IMG/VR virus record: IMGVR_UViG_3300030329_005426
Coordinates: 32,001-96,000 of that record
DNA length: 64,000 nt
Origin: a virus
Reading direction: 5' to 3' (one strand)
This document shows, piece by piece, positions 56,747-64,000 of the stretch. Each line of letters starts with the position of its first letter. The stretch's first letter is position 1. The translations under genes were made by a program, and so were the position numbers. The notes beneath the pieces are model-generated. The model was given only the letters and a program-made list of their open reading frames with translations, did no database searches and had not been told where the DNA came from.

Positions 56747-57184
56747 TTACCAGTCTTTCGATAAATTTGGAAATGCTTCTGTTACTAGTGGTTGAGTAAT
56801 TCCACGGTAAGGGATTTCTCGGTGGTCTTTTATATGACAGATTAAATCTGCATCATCAGGATCTAGATTTTCTAGAAATTCGATAAACAAGGTTTCACGT
56901 TTAACCTGATTCAAATTATGGTATTCTACACTTTCTACAAAGATCCATAATTTACGTGTATCAGCATATAGCTGAGACTGAGCATCGTGCTCTTTTTCAA
57001 GCTTTTTGAATGGCGGGATGCCTTCAGGTAGTAGCCATTTAATTTTCGGATCAAAACAAAAGCCTAACACAGCTTTCATGGTAGCGCTACTATTTTTTTG
57101 CAAGAATTCTACCTTGCGGCCGCGACTGCCATCACCTTTTATTTCCGAACATTCTTTTAGTAATTCGGCGATGCCTTTCTTCAT
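56747..57184 (-). CDS. conserved T4-like phage hypothetical protein
   Basis: FDPKIKWLLPEGIPPF, KRETLFIEFLENL, AFPNL; downstream of rnh. Confidence 0.75.
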   Translation of the reverse strand: MKKGIAELLKECSEIKGDGSRGRKVEFLQKNSSATMKAVLGFCFDPKIKWLLPEGIPPFKKLEKEHDAQSQLYADTRKLWIFVESVEYHNLNQVKRETLFIEFLENLDPDDADLICHIKDHREIPYRGITQPLVTEAFPNLSKDW

Positions 57185-58054
57185 TTAAAAATCTCCAATA
57201 TGGTCCATTAAATTTTTCAGCCTATTCTTAATAAAATAATTAAGCAGGTGCTCACGGCCAGGAGCGTCATACTCCTCGTAAGCACTTACGGCCTCTTCTT
57301 TAATACGTGGGGGAATAAAATCAAGATCAACAAGCTCTTGATTGCGCTTATAACGATCCAACATATCATCATTACAGAATTCTTCCGGTTCAAGTCCTAT
57401 CCATGTATTTAGCTTTTTTGCAGTTAGGGGCTTTTGCCTCTTGCCGGATACAAATGTATTATCATCGGATAAGAAATTAGGAATACCATCGCCTCTATCA
57501 CCACGCATAATATGCTCTTTGATAAACGCTGCTGGGTTACTAGTCCGTATAAACTTCTTAGCTATAGGACTGTATTGCTCTACGTTGGCATACTTCTGAA
57601 GCTGGATAAAATCTTTATCACCGGACAAGATTAGAATAGGTTCAGCCGATCCATTTGTTATTCCGAGATGACCAAACTTCTCACAGAGAGCACCGATAAC
57701 ATCATCAGCTTCAGCACCTGCAACCTTAATAACTTTATATGGAAAGAACTGTCGAAGCTCATCTTTAATCTTATCGATACACGAAAAAATCGTATACCAA
57801 TCCAGGCCAGATTCCTGTCTATCTTTCTTGCGGTGAGCTTTATAATAAGGGAATACGTCCTTGCGCCAATACTTTTTATCGTCGCAGCACAGAACGAAAG
57901 TACCATACTCTTCACCAAATTTCTGGCGGTACATACGTAGGCTATTTAATACCATGTGACGAACTAAATCTTCATCAATCGGTGCATTCTTATTCGACCC
58001 CAATTGCATCATAAGATTCGAAATCATCACTTGGTTGAGATCAACCAATATCAT
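57185..58054 (-). CDS. rnh: T4-type RNase H / 5'-3' exonuclease
   Basis: MILVDLNQVMIS, YWRK..FPYYKAHRK, EADDVIG, SGDKDFIQL, GDRGDGIPN. Confidence 0.95.
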   Translation of the reverse strand: MILVDLNQVMISNLMMQLGSNKNAPIDEDLVRHMVLNSLRMYRQKFGEEYGTFVLCCDDKKYWRKDVFPYYKAHRKKDRQESGLDWYTIFSCIDKIKDELRQFFPYKVIKVAGAEADDVIGALCEKFGHLGITNGSAEPILILSGDKDFIQLQKYANVEQYSPIAKKFIRTSNPAAFIKEHIMRGDRGDGIPNFLSDDNTFVSGKRQKPLTAKKLNTWIGLEPEEFCNDDMLDRYKRNQELVDLDFIPPRIKEEAVSAYEEYDAPGREHLLNYFIKNRLKNLMDHIGDF

Positions 58055-58084
58055 AACATCTACTCGCTTATTTAATCATGTATC

Positions 58085-58092
58085 TATTTATA
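58085..58092 (-). promoter_or_regulatory. TATAAATA late promoter, overlapping a weak early-type promoter, upstream of rnh
   Basis: Exact TATAAATA; upstream GTGATT-TAATTTCGC matches the spacer of the early family. Confidence 0.55.
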
Positions 58093-58114
58093 ATAGCTTA
58101 CTAGCGAAATTAAA

Positions 58115-58468
58115 TCACTCCTCAAAATCATCTGGATCGAGATTTGGAAAGTCGAAATGATCTGGAATCTCATCCATCTGCTCTAAGGCCTCATCAATCA
58201 TGTCTTGAAACGGATGCTCTACGCCTAAGCTTCTGCTGAGCATAGAACGTAATGTCTCTACTGTAAAGGCAAAGTCAGCCATAAATTGCTCATCATCAAT
58301 TCTAAACCCATGCATACCAAATTTATGAAGAAGTTGGGATGCATAATGATCGATGAGCTCATTACAATATGAAATTTTATTGTCCTCTAAGGACTGTGCT
58401 AACTCGGCATGGTTTTGCGGCGGCCGAGCAGCAGAGCCCTTAGGGAACTTAATAATGTTGTCGGACAT
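58115..58468 (-). CDS. hypothetical protein
   Basis: MSDNIIKFP...VETLRSMLSR..GVEHPFQ. Confidence 0.7.
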   Translation of the reverse strand: MSDNIIKFPKGSAARPPQNHAELAQSLEDNKISYCNELIDHYASQLLHKFGMHGFRIDDEQFMADFAFTVETLRSMLSRSLGVEHPFQDMIDEALEQMDEIPDHFDFPNLDPDDFEE

Positions 58469-59400
58469 TACTTCACGACTCGGAGCAGGATCGTCTTCTT
58501 GTTAATCCTACCACTGGGTACTTCCGATTTGGTGTTAATCGATTCCTCGAGCTTACGAAGTGTTACTTTTCCACCTTCGAGAATCTTCTTAAACACTGCC
58601 TCTGATCCGAAGCCAGGCTTCTTCTCAAACGATGACTTCTCATCGAACCGGAAAATTGTCGAGCGGCGAATTTCTAGTCCGCCACGATCCTCGGCACGAA
58701 GCACACCGATCTTATTCTGAGCGGTGTTATAGTACCAGAGCTCTTGCGCTCCAATGATACTTGCAGGGTCGATAGACGATGTCTTCGACGCATCATGCTT
58801 CTCCATGAAGTTAAAATGCTTCAGGACGCGCTCAACCGAAGGTTTCTTCTTCTTGCGCACCTTACGGTTAGACTTCTTATTAGCAGCCCAGCGCTCAGCA
58901 TTCTCGACAATGGCTTGAGTGAAATCACGAAGAGCTGTTACCTGCTTCTTCGTCATATGGCCGTATCCTTCATTGAGCTGCTCATCTTCGCCACCAAGCA
59001 CTTCATCGAGCTCATCAACCTGCGGCTTATATATCGAAGCAACCAACTCAGCCTGCGGCCGCCCAAGATCATTTTGTGACAGCCACTTGTATGAGTCAAA
59101 TTTTGACTTAAACTTTTTAATGACGAATTTGTCGATTTCCTCTTCCAGCTCACCTGCCAGGTCAGATACCTGATCACGGATCTTCTGCTGAATGGTGCGA
59201 GGGTCCTTAGGCTTCTTACGAGGCGCCTTCTGCTCAGGCTCAGGCTCCGGCGCAATCTTACCGATAAACGCCTTGCCGGCTTCGGCCTCGAGCTCGGCGA
59301 TTGATTTAAGCTCGCTAAGCGGCGTCGTCGGCTCAGGCCGATTCTGTGCTTTTAAGAATTCAGGGATAGCGAGGAGATCATCCTCATTCGGTTTGGTCAT
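58468..59400 (-). CDS. conserved T4-like hypothetical early protein
   Basis: TIQQKIR, DEQLNEGY, SIDPASIIGAQELWYYNT, GRINKKTILL; directly behind a strong promoter. Confidence 0.75.
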   Translation of the reverse strand: MTKPNEDDLLAIPEFLKAQNRPEPTTPLSELKSIAELEAEAGKAFIGKIAPEPEPEQKAPRKKPKDPRTIQQKIRDQVSDLAGELEEEIDKFVIKKFKSKFDSYKWLSQNDLGRPQAELVASIYKPQVDELDEVLGGEDEQLNEGYGHMTKKQVTALRDFTQAIVENAERWAANKKSNRKVRKKKKPSVERVLKHFNFMEKHDASKTSSIDPASIIGAQELWYYNTAQNKIGVLRAEDRGGLEIRRSTIFRFDEKSSFEKKPGFGSEAVFKKILEGGKVTLRKLEESINTKSEVPSGRINKKTILLRVVK

Positions 59401-59429
59401 AGATTTTTCCTTCTCTCTCTATTATATTA

Positions 59430-59458
59430 ATTATATAGCAAGAGCGAAATAAAGTCAA
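59430..59458 (-). promoter_or_regulatory. phage early promoter
   Basis: TTGACT-N17-TATAAT followed by TAATATAATAGAGAGAG. Confidence 0.82.
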
Positions 59459-59468
59459 CCCCCCCAAT

Positions 59469-60488
59469 TTACTCGTTGTTTTCCAACGAACTAAGCATGC
59501 CCTGTAATAGCGCACTCCATTCGTTCGCGCGTAAATCCCAGTTATAAAATGTATTGATGTAATTCATTGCGTGTGTGAGTTTGAGCTGAAAATCCTCCTG
59601 CCAGAGATGTGATATCACGTTATTCATCACGTTGAGATGCATCTGACAATGTGTCCCTTTATCTTCAGCATATGGATACATCGTGGCCCAATTAGCTGTT
59701 GTTTCTGGTAGTGCGGCGAAATTGGGGCAAATAATGGCACATCCAGCGCTCATAGCCTCTAAGACCGATATACAGGATGTTTCTGGCCAGCAGCTAGGAT
59801 ATGTATATATATGCGCTTTCTGGAGCGCTTCACGCACGATTTCATTGGGTTGATAGCCATGATAGTTGATTTTGGGGTGATCTCGGCAAAGTTGGAAGAT
59901 TTCTTCAAAAGGCTTGTCTTGATCCTTCCTACGAGGCCCATAGATCTCAAATGACGAATATACGTCTAAAACGACATCAACCTCAGGCCTGAGCTCACAA
60001 AAACGCTGAAATGCAGCTACAAGGATATCCAAGCCTCTATGTGGCGTCGTGTGATAAATTAAGCGAATAGGGCCGTCTTTATCCTTCTGCTTGTATTCAA
60101 TGGGGTTGATTGCGTTCTTCACGACACAGCCATCCATAAATGGAACGTTCAGCCCTTGAGCATAGGTCCATTGCTGCCAATTTGATACAAATATCAATTT
60201 TCCGAAACGAGCGCGGGATTTCTCATCTTTGAGATGAGAAGACATAGGATCGTCCCAAGTATCATGCAACCAGAGTAAATTTGTCTTATCGCTTTCGATA
60301 TTAGTCACTCTTGAGCAAATAATGTTAAAATTGTCAAGAAGGTCATTATCGACACGTTTGAAGAGCTCTTCGCGCATCATCTCAGTTCCGCCGCGGGCTC
60401 CATCATATGTGCCGTCGTCAAGCATACCTGACATATCAAATCCTTCTAAATCGTCAGGAATACCAGTAATATTCAGTTGTGTACTCAT
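59469..60488 (-). CDS. GT-B glycosyltransferase (GT4-like)
   Basis: GGTE, LWLHD, FVSNWQ, YHTTPHRGL, YPSCWPETSCISVLEAMSAG. Confidence 0.9.
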   Translation of the reverse strand: MSTQLNITGIPDDLEGFDMSGMLDDGTYDGARGGTEMMREELFKRVDNDLLDNFNIICSRVTNIESDKTNLLWLHDTWDDPMSSHLKDEKSRARFGKLIFVSNWQQWTYAQGLNVPFMDGCVVKNAINPIEYKQKDKDGPIRLIYHTTPHRGLDILVAAFQRFCELRPEVDVVLDVYSSFEIYGPRRKDQDKPFEEIFQLCRDHPKINYHGYQPNEIVREALQKAHIYTYPSCWPETSCISVLEAMSAGCAIICPNFAALPETTANWATMYPYAEDKGTHCQMHLNVMNNVISHLWQEDFQLKLTHAMNYINTFYNWDLRANEWSALLQGMLSSLENNE

Positions 60489-60802
60489 TCGCTCATCGGA
60501 CCTTTAATTATAATAGTTTCAGGTGTAAAGGGGATTCTGGCTTCAACCACACTATCCCATCGAAAACTACGCCAAGCGTTCTTTTGACAATCCCAAACGG
60601 GTTGAACATCATCACTGTGAGTCGTAGTGCCTTTAGGCTGCTGATCTTCTGGAATCTCCGAAGAATCAGTAGTACATTCCATTTCCCGCGTTTCACCATT
60701 CTTTTTAATAAATGTCACGGTAACGAAATGTTCCGGTAACCAATGCCTAACATCTTCTCTAAATTCATTAATATCTATCAAGACCAACCTCCTGTCATAC
60801 AC
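60485..60802 (-). CDS. WYL-like / DUF2693 SH3-barrel protein
   Basis: VTVTFIKKNGETREMECT...VWDCQKNAWRSFRWD. Confidence 0.8.
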   Translation of the reverse strand: MYDRRLVLIDINEFREDVRHWLPEHFVTVTFIKKNGETREMECTTDSSEIPEDQQPKGTTTHSDDVQPVWDCQKNAWRSFRWDSVVEARIPFTPETIIIKGPMSE

Positions 60803-61026
60803 GAATCATTATAACTCATTAGATCAGTATATCCACCAATTTTTTTATTCCAAATAATTATTTGTGGGTATGTCGCAAAAACACCAAATTCATCATAAAA
60901 TTCTTCTTGTGTAAAATCATTATTGTCTCGGTTTAATACCTCAACATCAATCTTCTTTTCTTCGAAAAACCGAACGGCTGCAGTACAATAACCACAACCG
61001 TTCCGCATATAAATTTTATTTGGCAA
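60778..61026 (-). CDS. glutaredoxin
   Basis: CGYC, TYPQI, IGGYTDL; likely TTG start at 61026 after GGAGG. Confidence 0.85.
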   Translation of the reverse strand: MPNKIYMRNGCGYCTAAVRFFEEKKIDVEVLNRDNNDFTQEEFYDEFGVFATYPQIIIWNKKIGGYTDLMSYNDSCMTGGWS

Positions 61027-61300
61027 TTTCTGTGATCCTCCATCCGGCTTGTGTAAAGCAGGCGGTGCCAAACATTTCTTCATTGACAAAGGATTGGCAA
61101 TCGCCTATTTCATAATACGGGTCCCATTGAAAATTATTTCTCATTTCAGCGAGACGTTCTTTGTATTTAGGGTCCGGTTGAATGAAGATTGTCTCCTGTG
61201 ATTTACAATTAATCATTTTGCAAAACACAGGAGATATCAAGGAACCCACCAGAGTTAAAGGATCAAATGCATATGCCTTAGTTGGTAGACTTAAGAGCAT
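61016..61300 (-). CDS. hypothetical exported protein
   Basis: Signal-like N-terminus ending AYA-FDP; start uncertain. Confidence 0.5.
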   Translation of the reverse strand: MLLSLPTKAYAFDPLTLVGSLISPVFCKMINCKSQETIFIQPDPKYKERLAEMRNNFQWDPYYEIGDCQSFVNEEMFGTACFTQAGWRITEIAK

Positions 61301-61946
61301 CAAGCTCAGCAGCACGCCGAGCAGACTCTTTCTTCGAAGCAGCATCTGCATTCCTATCTAACTCCTTCCAAGCTTTGTTGGCCCGCAACTTATTATAAAG
61401 AACGCGATCTTTACTAAGACGTTGAGCTAAGACCTTCTTGGCCTCACTTGCTGAATATTTAAGTAATACAAAAGCTCGATATTGAGTACCATGTGGAACT
61501 ACTTCCACCTCAGCGAGCTGATAGCCGGATACATCAGTATCGTTTTGCATATTCTTAACAGCTTTTTCGAGTTCAATAACTACGGCTGAATCTAAGTCGC
61601 TAGATCCAACTTTAGCTTTAAATTGCTTAACTTGAGCCCGAAGTCTTGAGTTAATCCTATCTGCAAGAATTGACTTAGCATTAATAACAGCAAAATCAAC
61701 AGACATCTGCAGATCGGGAACAACAGAAGTACCAACAGACCAAATAGCACCTTCATCGGATTCTGGTTGCTTAAAATACCAATCAGGAATGCTATCAATC
61801 TGCTCTTTCACACGATCGCGCTTATACTTGTAAGACGCAACATCACTCTTCGATGCACCAGGTGATGCAGTATGTTGCATATGCCCGGAACAAGCAGAAA
61901 GAGCAATCGCACCACCTATAGTGGCTAATAGAGCGATCTTATTCAT
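61278..61946 (-). CDS. lipoprotein (LPP20-like)
   Basis: Lipobox LSAC; IPDWY, PDLQMS...AKSILADRIN. Confidence 0.75.
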   Translation of the reverse strand: MNKIALLATIGGAIALSACSGHMQHTASPGASKSDVASYKYKRDRVKEQIDSIPDWYFKQPESDEGAIWSVGTSVVPDLQMSVDFAVINAKSILADRINSRLRAQVKQFKAKVGSSDLDSAVVIELEKAVKNMQNDTDVSGYQLAEVEVVPHGTQYRAFVLLKYSASEAKKVLAQRLSKDRVLYNKLRANKAWKELDRNADAASKKESARRAAELDALKSTN

Positions 61947-62131
61947 ATCGAAGTCTCCTTCTTCGGTTGCACTGGTGGGTTTGGAGCAATAGGAAGATAT
62001 TTTATTTTTTTACCATTAATTTTCTCGTTAATGGATTCACCAATACCTTGGATATCTTTTCCCACTCCACTTATTGTATTACCACAAGCACCCAGTGTTA
62101 ATGCTAAGGCAATAATCACAAAATTCTTCAT
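61943..62131 (-). CDS. entericidin EcnA/B-like small lipoprotein
   Basis: LGACGNTISGVGKDIQGIGESI. Confidence 0.75.
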   Translation of the reverse strand: MKNFVIIALALTLGACGNTISGVGKDIQGIGESINEKINGKKIKYLPIAPNPPVQPKKETSI

Positions 62132-62275
62132 ATCAAAATTTCCTCAATGTCTCAACGGTTGCGTCTCTGGCTCCTGTTTCAACAAATACTTTAGAAACCA
62201 TAGACATTATATCGCTACCTATATCAGGATATAGTGTAACAATGACAGCGCCGACAAAAAATCCAATTACTAATT

Positions 62276-62947
62276 TCATCGGCATTCCTCCGCAAAAGCT
62301 TGCACTTGCTGGCCATTAATCCATACCGTAAAATAATTTTTATGGCATCGTGGACCTTTACGATGGCTAGCAGGCGTCAACGTTTTATGGTTACCATACT
62401 GATCAAATCCATAATGGTTGTAAACAGTATGGGTTGGAACGCGGCCGATCCTTGGCTTAGGTAAAGGAACAGCAGCAACGGGAGGAACAGGAACAGCCTT
62501 AGGCTTAACTGGCTGTACAACTGTATGTGAGACCTTTGGTTCAATTTTAACAGGTGGCTTCACTTTTGCCACGTCATTTGATCCTGCGGTACATTTCTGT
62601 GTCATAACGCCTCGAAGTTTTTCGGGGACAGTTTGACGAAGCAAGCTTTCTTTTGCTTTTGTTTCAGCTAACTTACAAGCTTGATTTTCTGATAAGTCCG
62701 GACCAAAGATATATTCACCTGACGTTGGATGCCATACATCTTTAATCTTGGCCTGAAGTTTAATAACACATTTTCGTGTGTTATCTACATAAGGAAATGT
62801 CTTCCTATCGTAATCTTTCGATGCTTCAATAACACCTTGGAATACTGTACCAACATCTACCTTATGTGCACATTTGCTTAAAGGTTCTGTAGCAAGGGCG
62901 GTTGCGCTTGCTAAACATAATATAGGAACTATCACATAATTTTTCAT
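62276..62947 (-). CDS. exported hypothetical protein
   Basis: Signal peptide, several Cys, Pro-rich linker. Confidence 0.65.
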   Translation of the reverse strand: MKNYVIVPILCLASATALATEPLSKCAHKVDVGTVFQGVIEASKDYDRKTFPYVDNTRKCVIKLQAKIKDVWHPTSGEYIFGPDLSENQACKLAETKAKESLLRQTVPEKLRGVMTQKCTAGSNDVAKVKPPVKIEPKVSHTVVQPVKPKAVPVPPVAAVPLPKPRIGRVPTHTVYNHYGFDQYGNHKTLTPASHRKGPRCHKNYFTVWINGQQVQAFAEECR

Positions 62948-62949
62948 AA

Positions 62950-63192
62950 TTAAGACTTTCTTGCGTGTGTACAGCCAATCTTCAAAAGATTAATTTCATA
63001 GCTGTCTTTCACGATATCGCTAACCGCGGCCATTCCACGGCTTTCTATAATTGACCCCCAATTCGACACGAATTCGGAACAATCTTCCATGGTTTCGAAA
63101 GAACGCGAAAGAACACGAATTTCCTCTTCCATTTCTAGTCCATCTGGGTCAGTTATAGCGAATGCTAAAAATAGCATTACAACTTTACTCAT
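62950..63192 (-). CDS. hypothetical protein
   Basis: SFETMEDC...IGC pattern resembles 40592-40864. Confidence 0.55.
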   Translation of the reverse strand: MSKVVMLFLAFAITDPDGLEMEEEIRVLSRSFETMEDCSEFVSNWGSIIESRGMAAVSDIVKDSYEINLLKIGCTHARKS

Positions 63193-63217
63193 ACTAGCCC
63201 CCTAACAGTTTTAGGCG

Positions 63218-63733
63218 TTAATTAACAGTATGGGAAGTTGAAACACGCAACCTAATTGTACCAGCAGGACGATAATACGTCCTTGTCGTATACTGCCGAC
63301 CCTGAAACTCATAGGTTACTAGATAGCCGTTTGGCCGTTGATTGTGTGATATTTGGTACGTAGTCGTACAAACTGTCCTGTTCTCATAACGAGTACCAGA
63401 CGGTTGAGATAAATTCCCACCGACTATAGTACCAATGATCGCACCAGCAACGGTAGCAGCTTTGTTGCCACTTCCCTTACCAACGGTATTTCCAAGCAAA
63501 CCGCCAGCAACACCACCAATAACATTAGGAACATAGCTACTAGGTGCACCAACGGGAACAAGCTGCTGAGAGCAGCTTTGAACAGGGGTTCTAACTTCAG
63601 ATGTTGCATATTGCGGTGCAACATGAAGCACAGGGGCATCTACATACTGTGCATCAATCATTGTCGGATCTGCCGCAAGAGCAGAGCCAGCAAATATGCA
63701 GGCAGCAGTAGTTGCTAGAATTGTCTTTTTCAT
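63218..63733 (-). CDS. glycine-zipper 2TM outer-membrane protein (YcfJ-like)
   Basis: IGGVAGGLLGNTVGKGSGNKAATVAGAIIGTIVG; GYLVTYEFQG. Confidence 0.85.
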   Translation of the reverse strand: MKKTILATTAACIFAGSALAADPTMIDAQYVDAPVLHVAPQYATSEVRTPVQSCSQQLVPVGAPSSYVPNVIGGVAGGLLGNTVGKGSGNKAATVAGAIIGTIVGGNLSQPSGTRYENRTVCTTTYQISHNQRPNGYLVTYEFQGRQYTTRTYYRPAGTIRLRVSTSHTVN

Positions 63734-63939
63734 TGGGTCTTCTCCTCTTTTAGGCTTTTCTCACCATTACCACAACGCCCATGTCCATCAAAGCCTAAAA
63801 CAGGTGGAACAAAGGGATTATTGAATAACGAAGAACCACATTTATGGTTGTTGTGGTGATCAAACTCATTAATAATAAAATTTTCTTCTTGCTCTAACTC
63901 ACGCATACGCTCAACCAAATCTATAAACAGAATCATCAT
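63730..63939 (-). CDS. hypothetical protein
   Basis: Same-strand ORF overlapping the next gene by 4 nt. Confidence 0.45.
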   Translation of the reverse strand: MMILFIDLVERMRELEQEENFIINEFDHHNNHKCGSSLFNNPFVPPVLGFDGHGRCGNGEKSLKEEKTQ

Positions 63940-64000
63940 TTTTTCAAATTTAGATTCAACTTCATCATTAGTAGTATGAGGAACGCATACGACATTTTTA

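Overview
This window is 64 kb of a T4-like myophage genome, AT-rich, with no integrase or host housekeeping context. Positions 1-37.8 kb hold the virion module: terminase small subunit gp16 (partial), gp15/14/13, two paralogous fibre proteins, a gp38-like adhesin, a 2052-aa VrlC/DUF4815-type protein, baseplate gp8/7/6/25/PAAR/5/27-like/53/48, then gp4, gp2, gp54-like, gp26, gp51 and a tape-measure-like protein. An island of about eight non-structural enzymes lies between the adhesin and neck genes. Positions 37.8-64 kb hold gp32/gp59/gp33, RNase H and an accessory region: a complete TRAP transporter, a radical SAM enzyme, KdsA, DUF59, SleB, a half-size Na/Pi transporter, PhoH, glycosyltransferases and lipoproteins. 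RNA genes are a permuted two-piece tmRNA (tag ANDNFASEEFALAA, implying an alphaproteobacterial host), tRNA-Pro, tRNA-Thr and an unexplained tRNA-like RNA with a predicted kissing loop. The strongest leads are: (1) that tRNA-mimic ncRNA; (2) the adhesin-linked enzyme cassette under an early-type promoter, together with a virion-wide AN[T/S] motif, which may be a virion protein modification system; (3) a G-tract plus A-tract-free DNA signal hidden inside gene 5; (4) a probable -1 frameshift fusing gp26 to gp51; (5) the full TRAP transporter. All protein calls come from motif recognition and T4 synteny; no searches were run.
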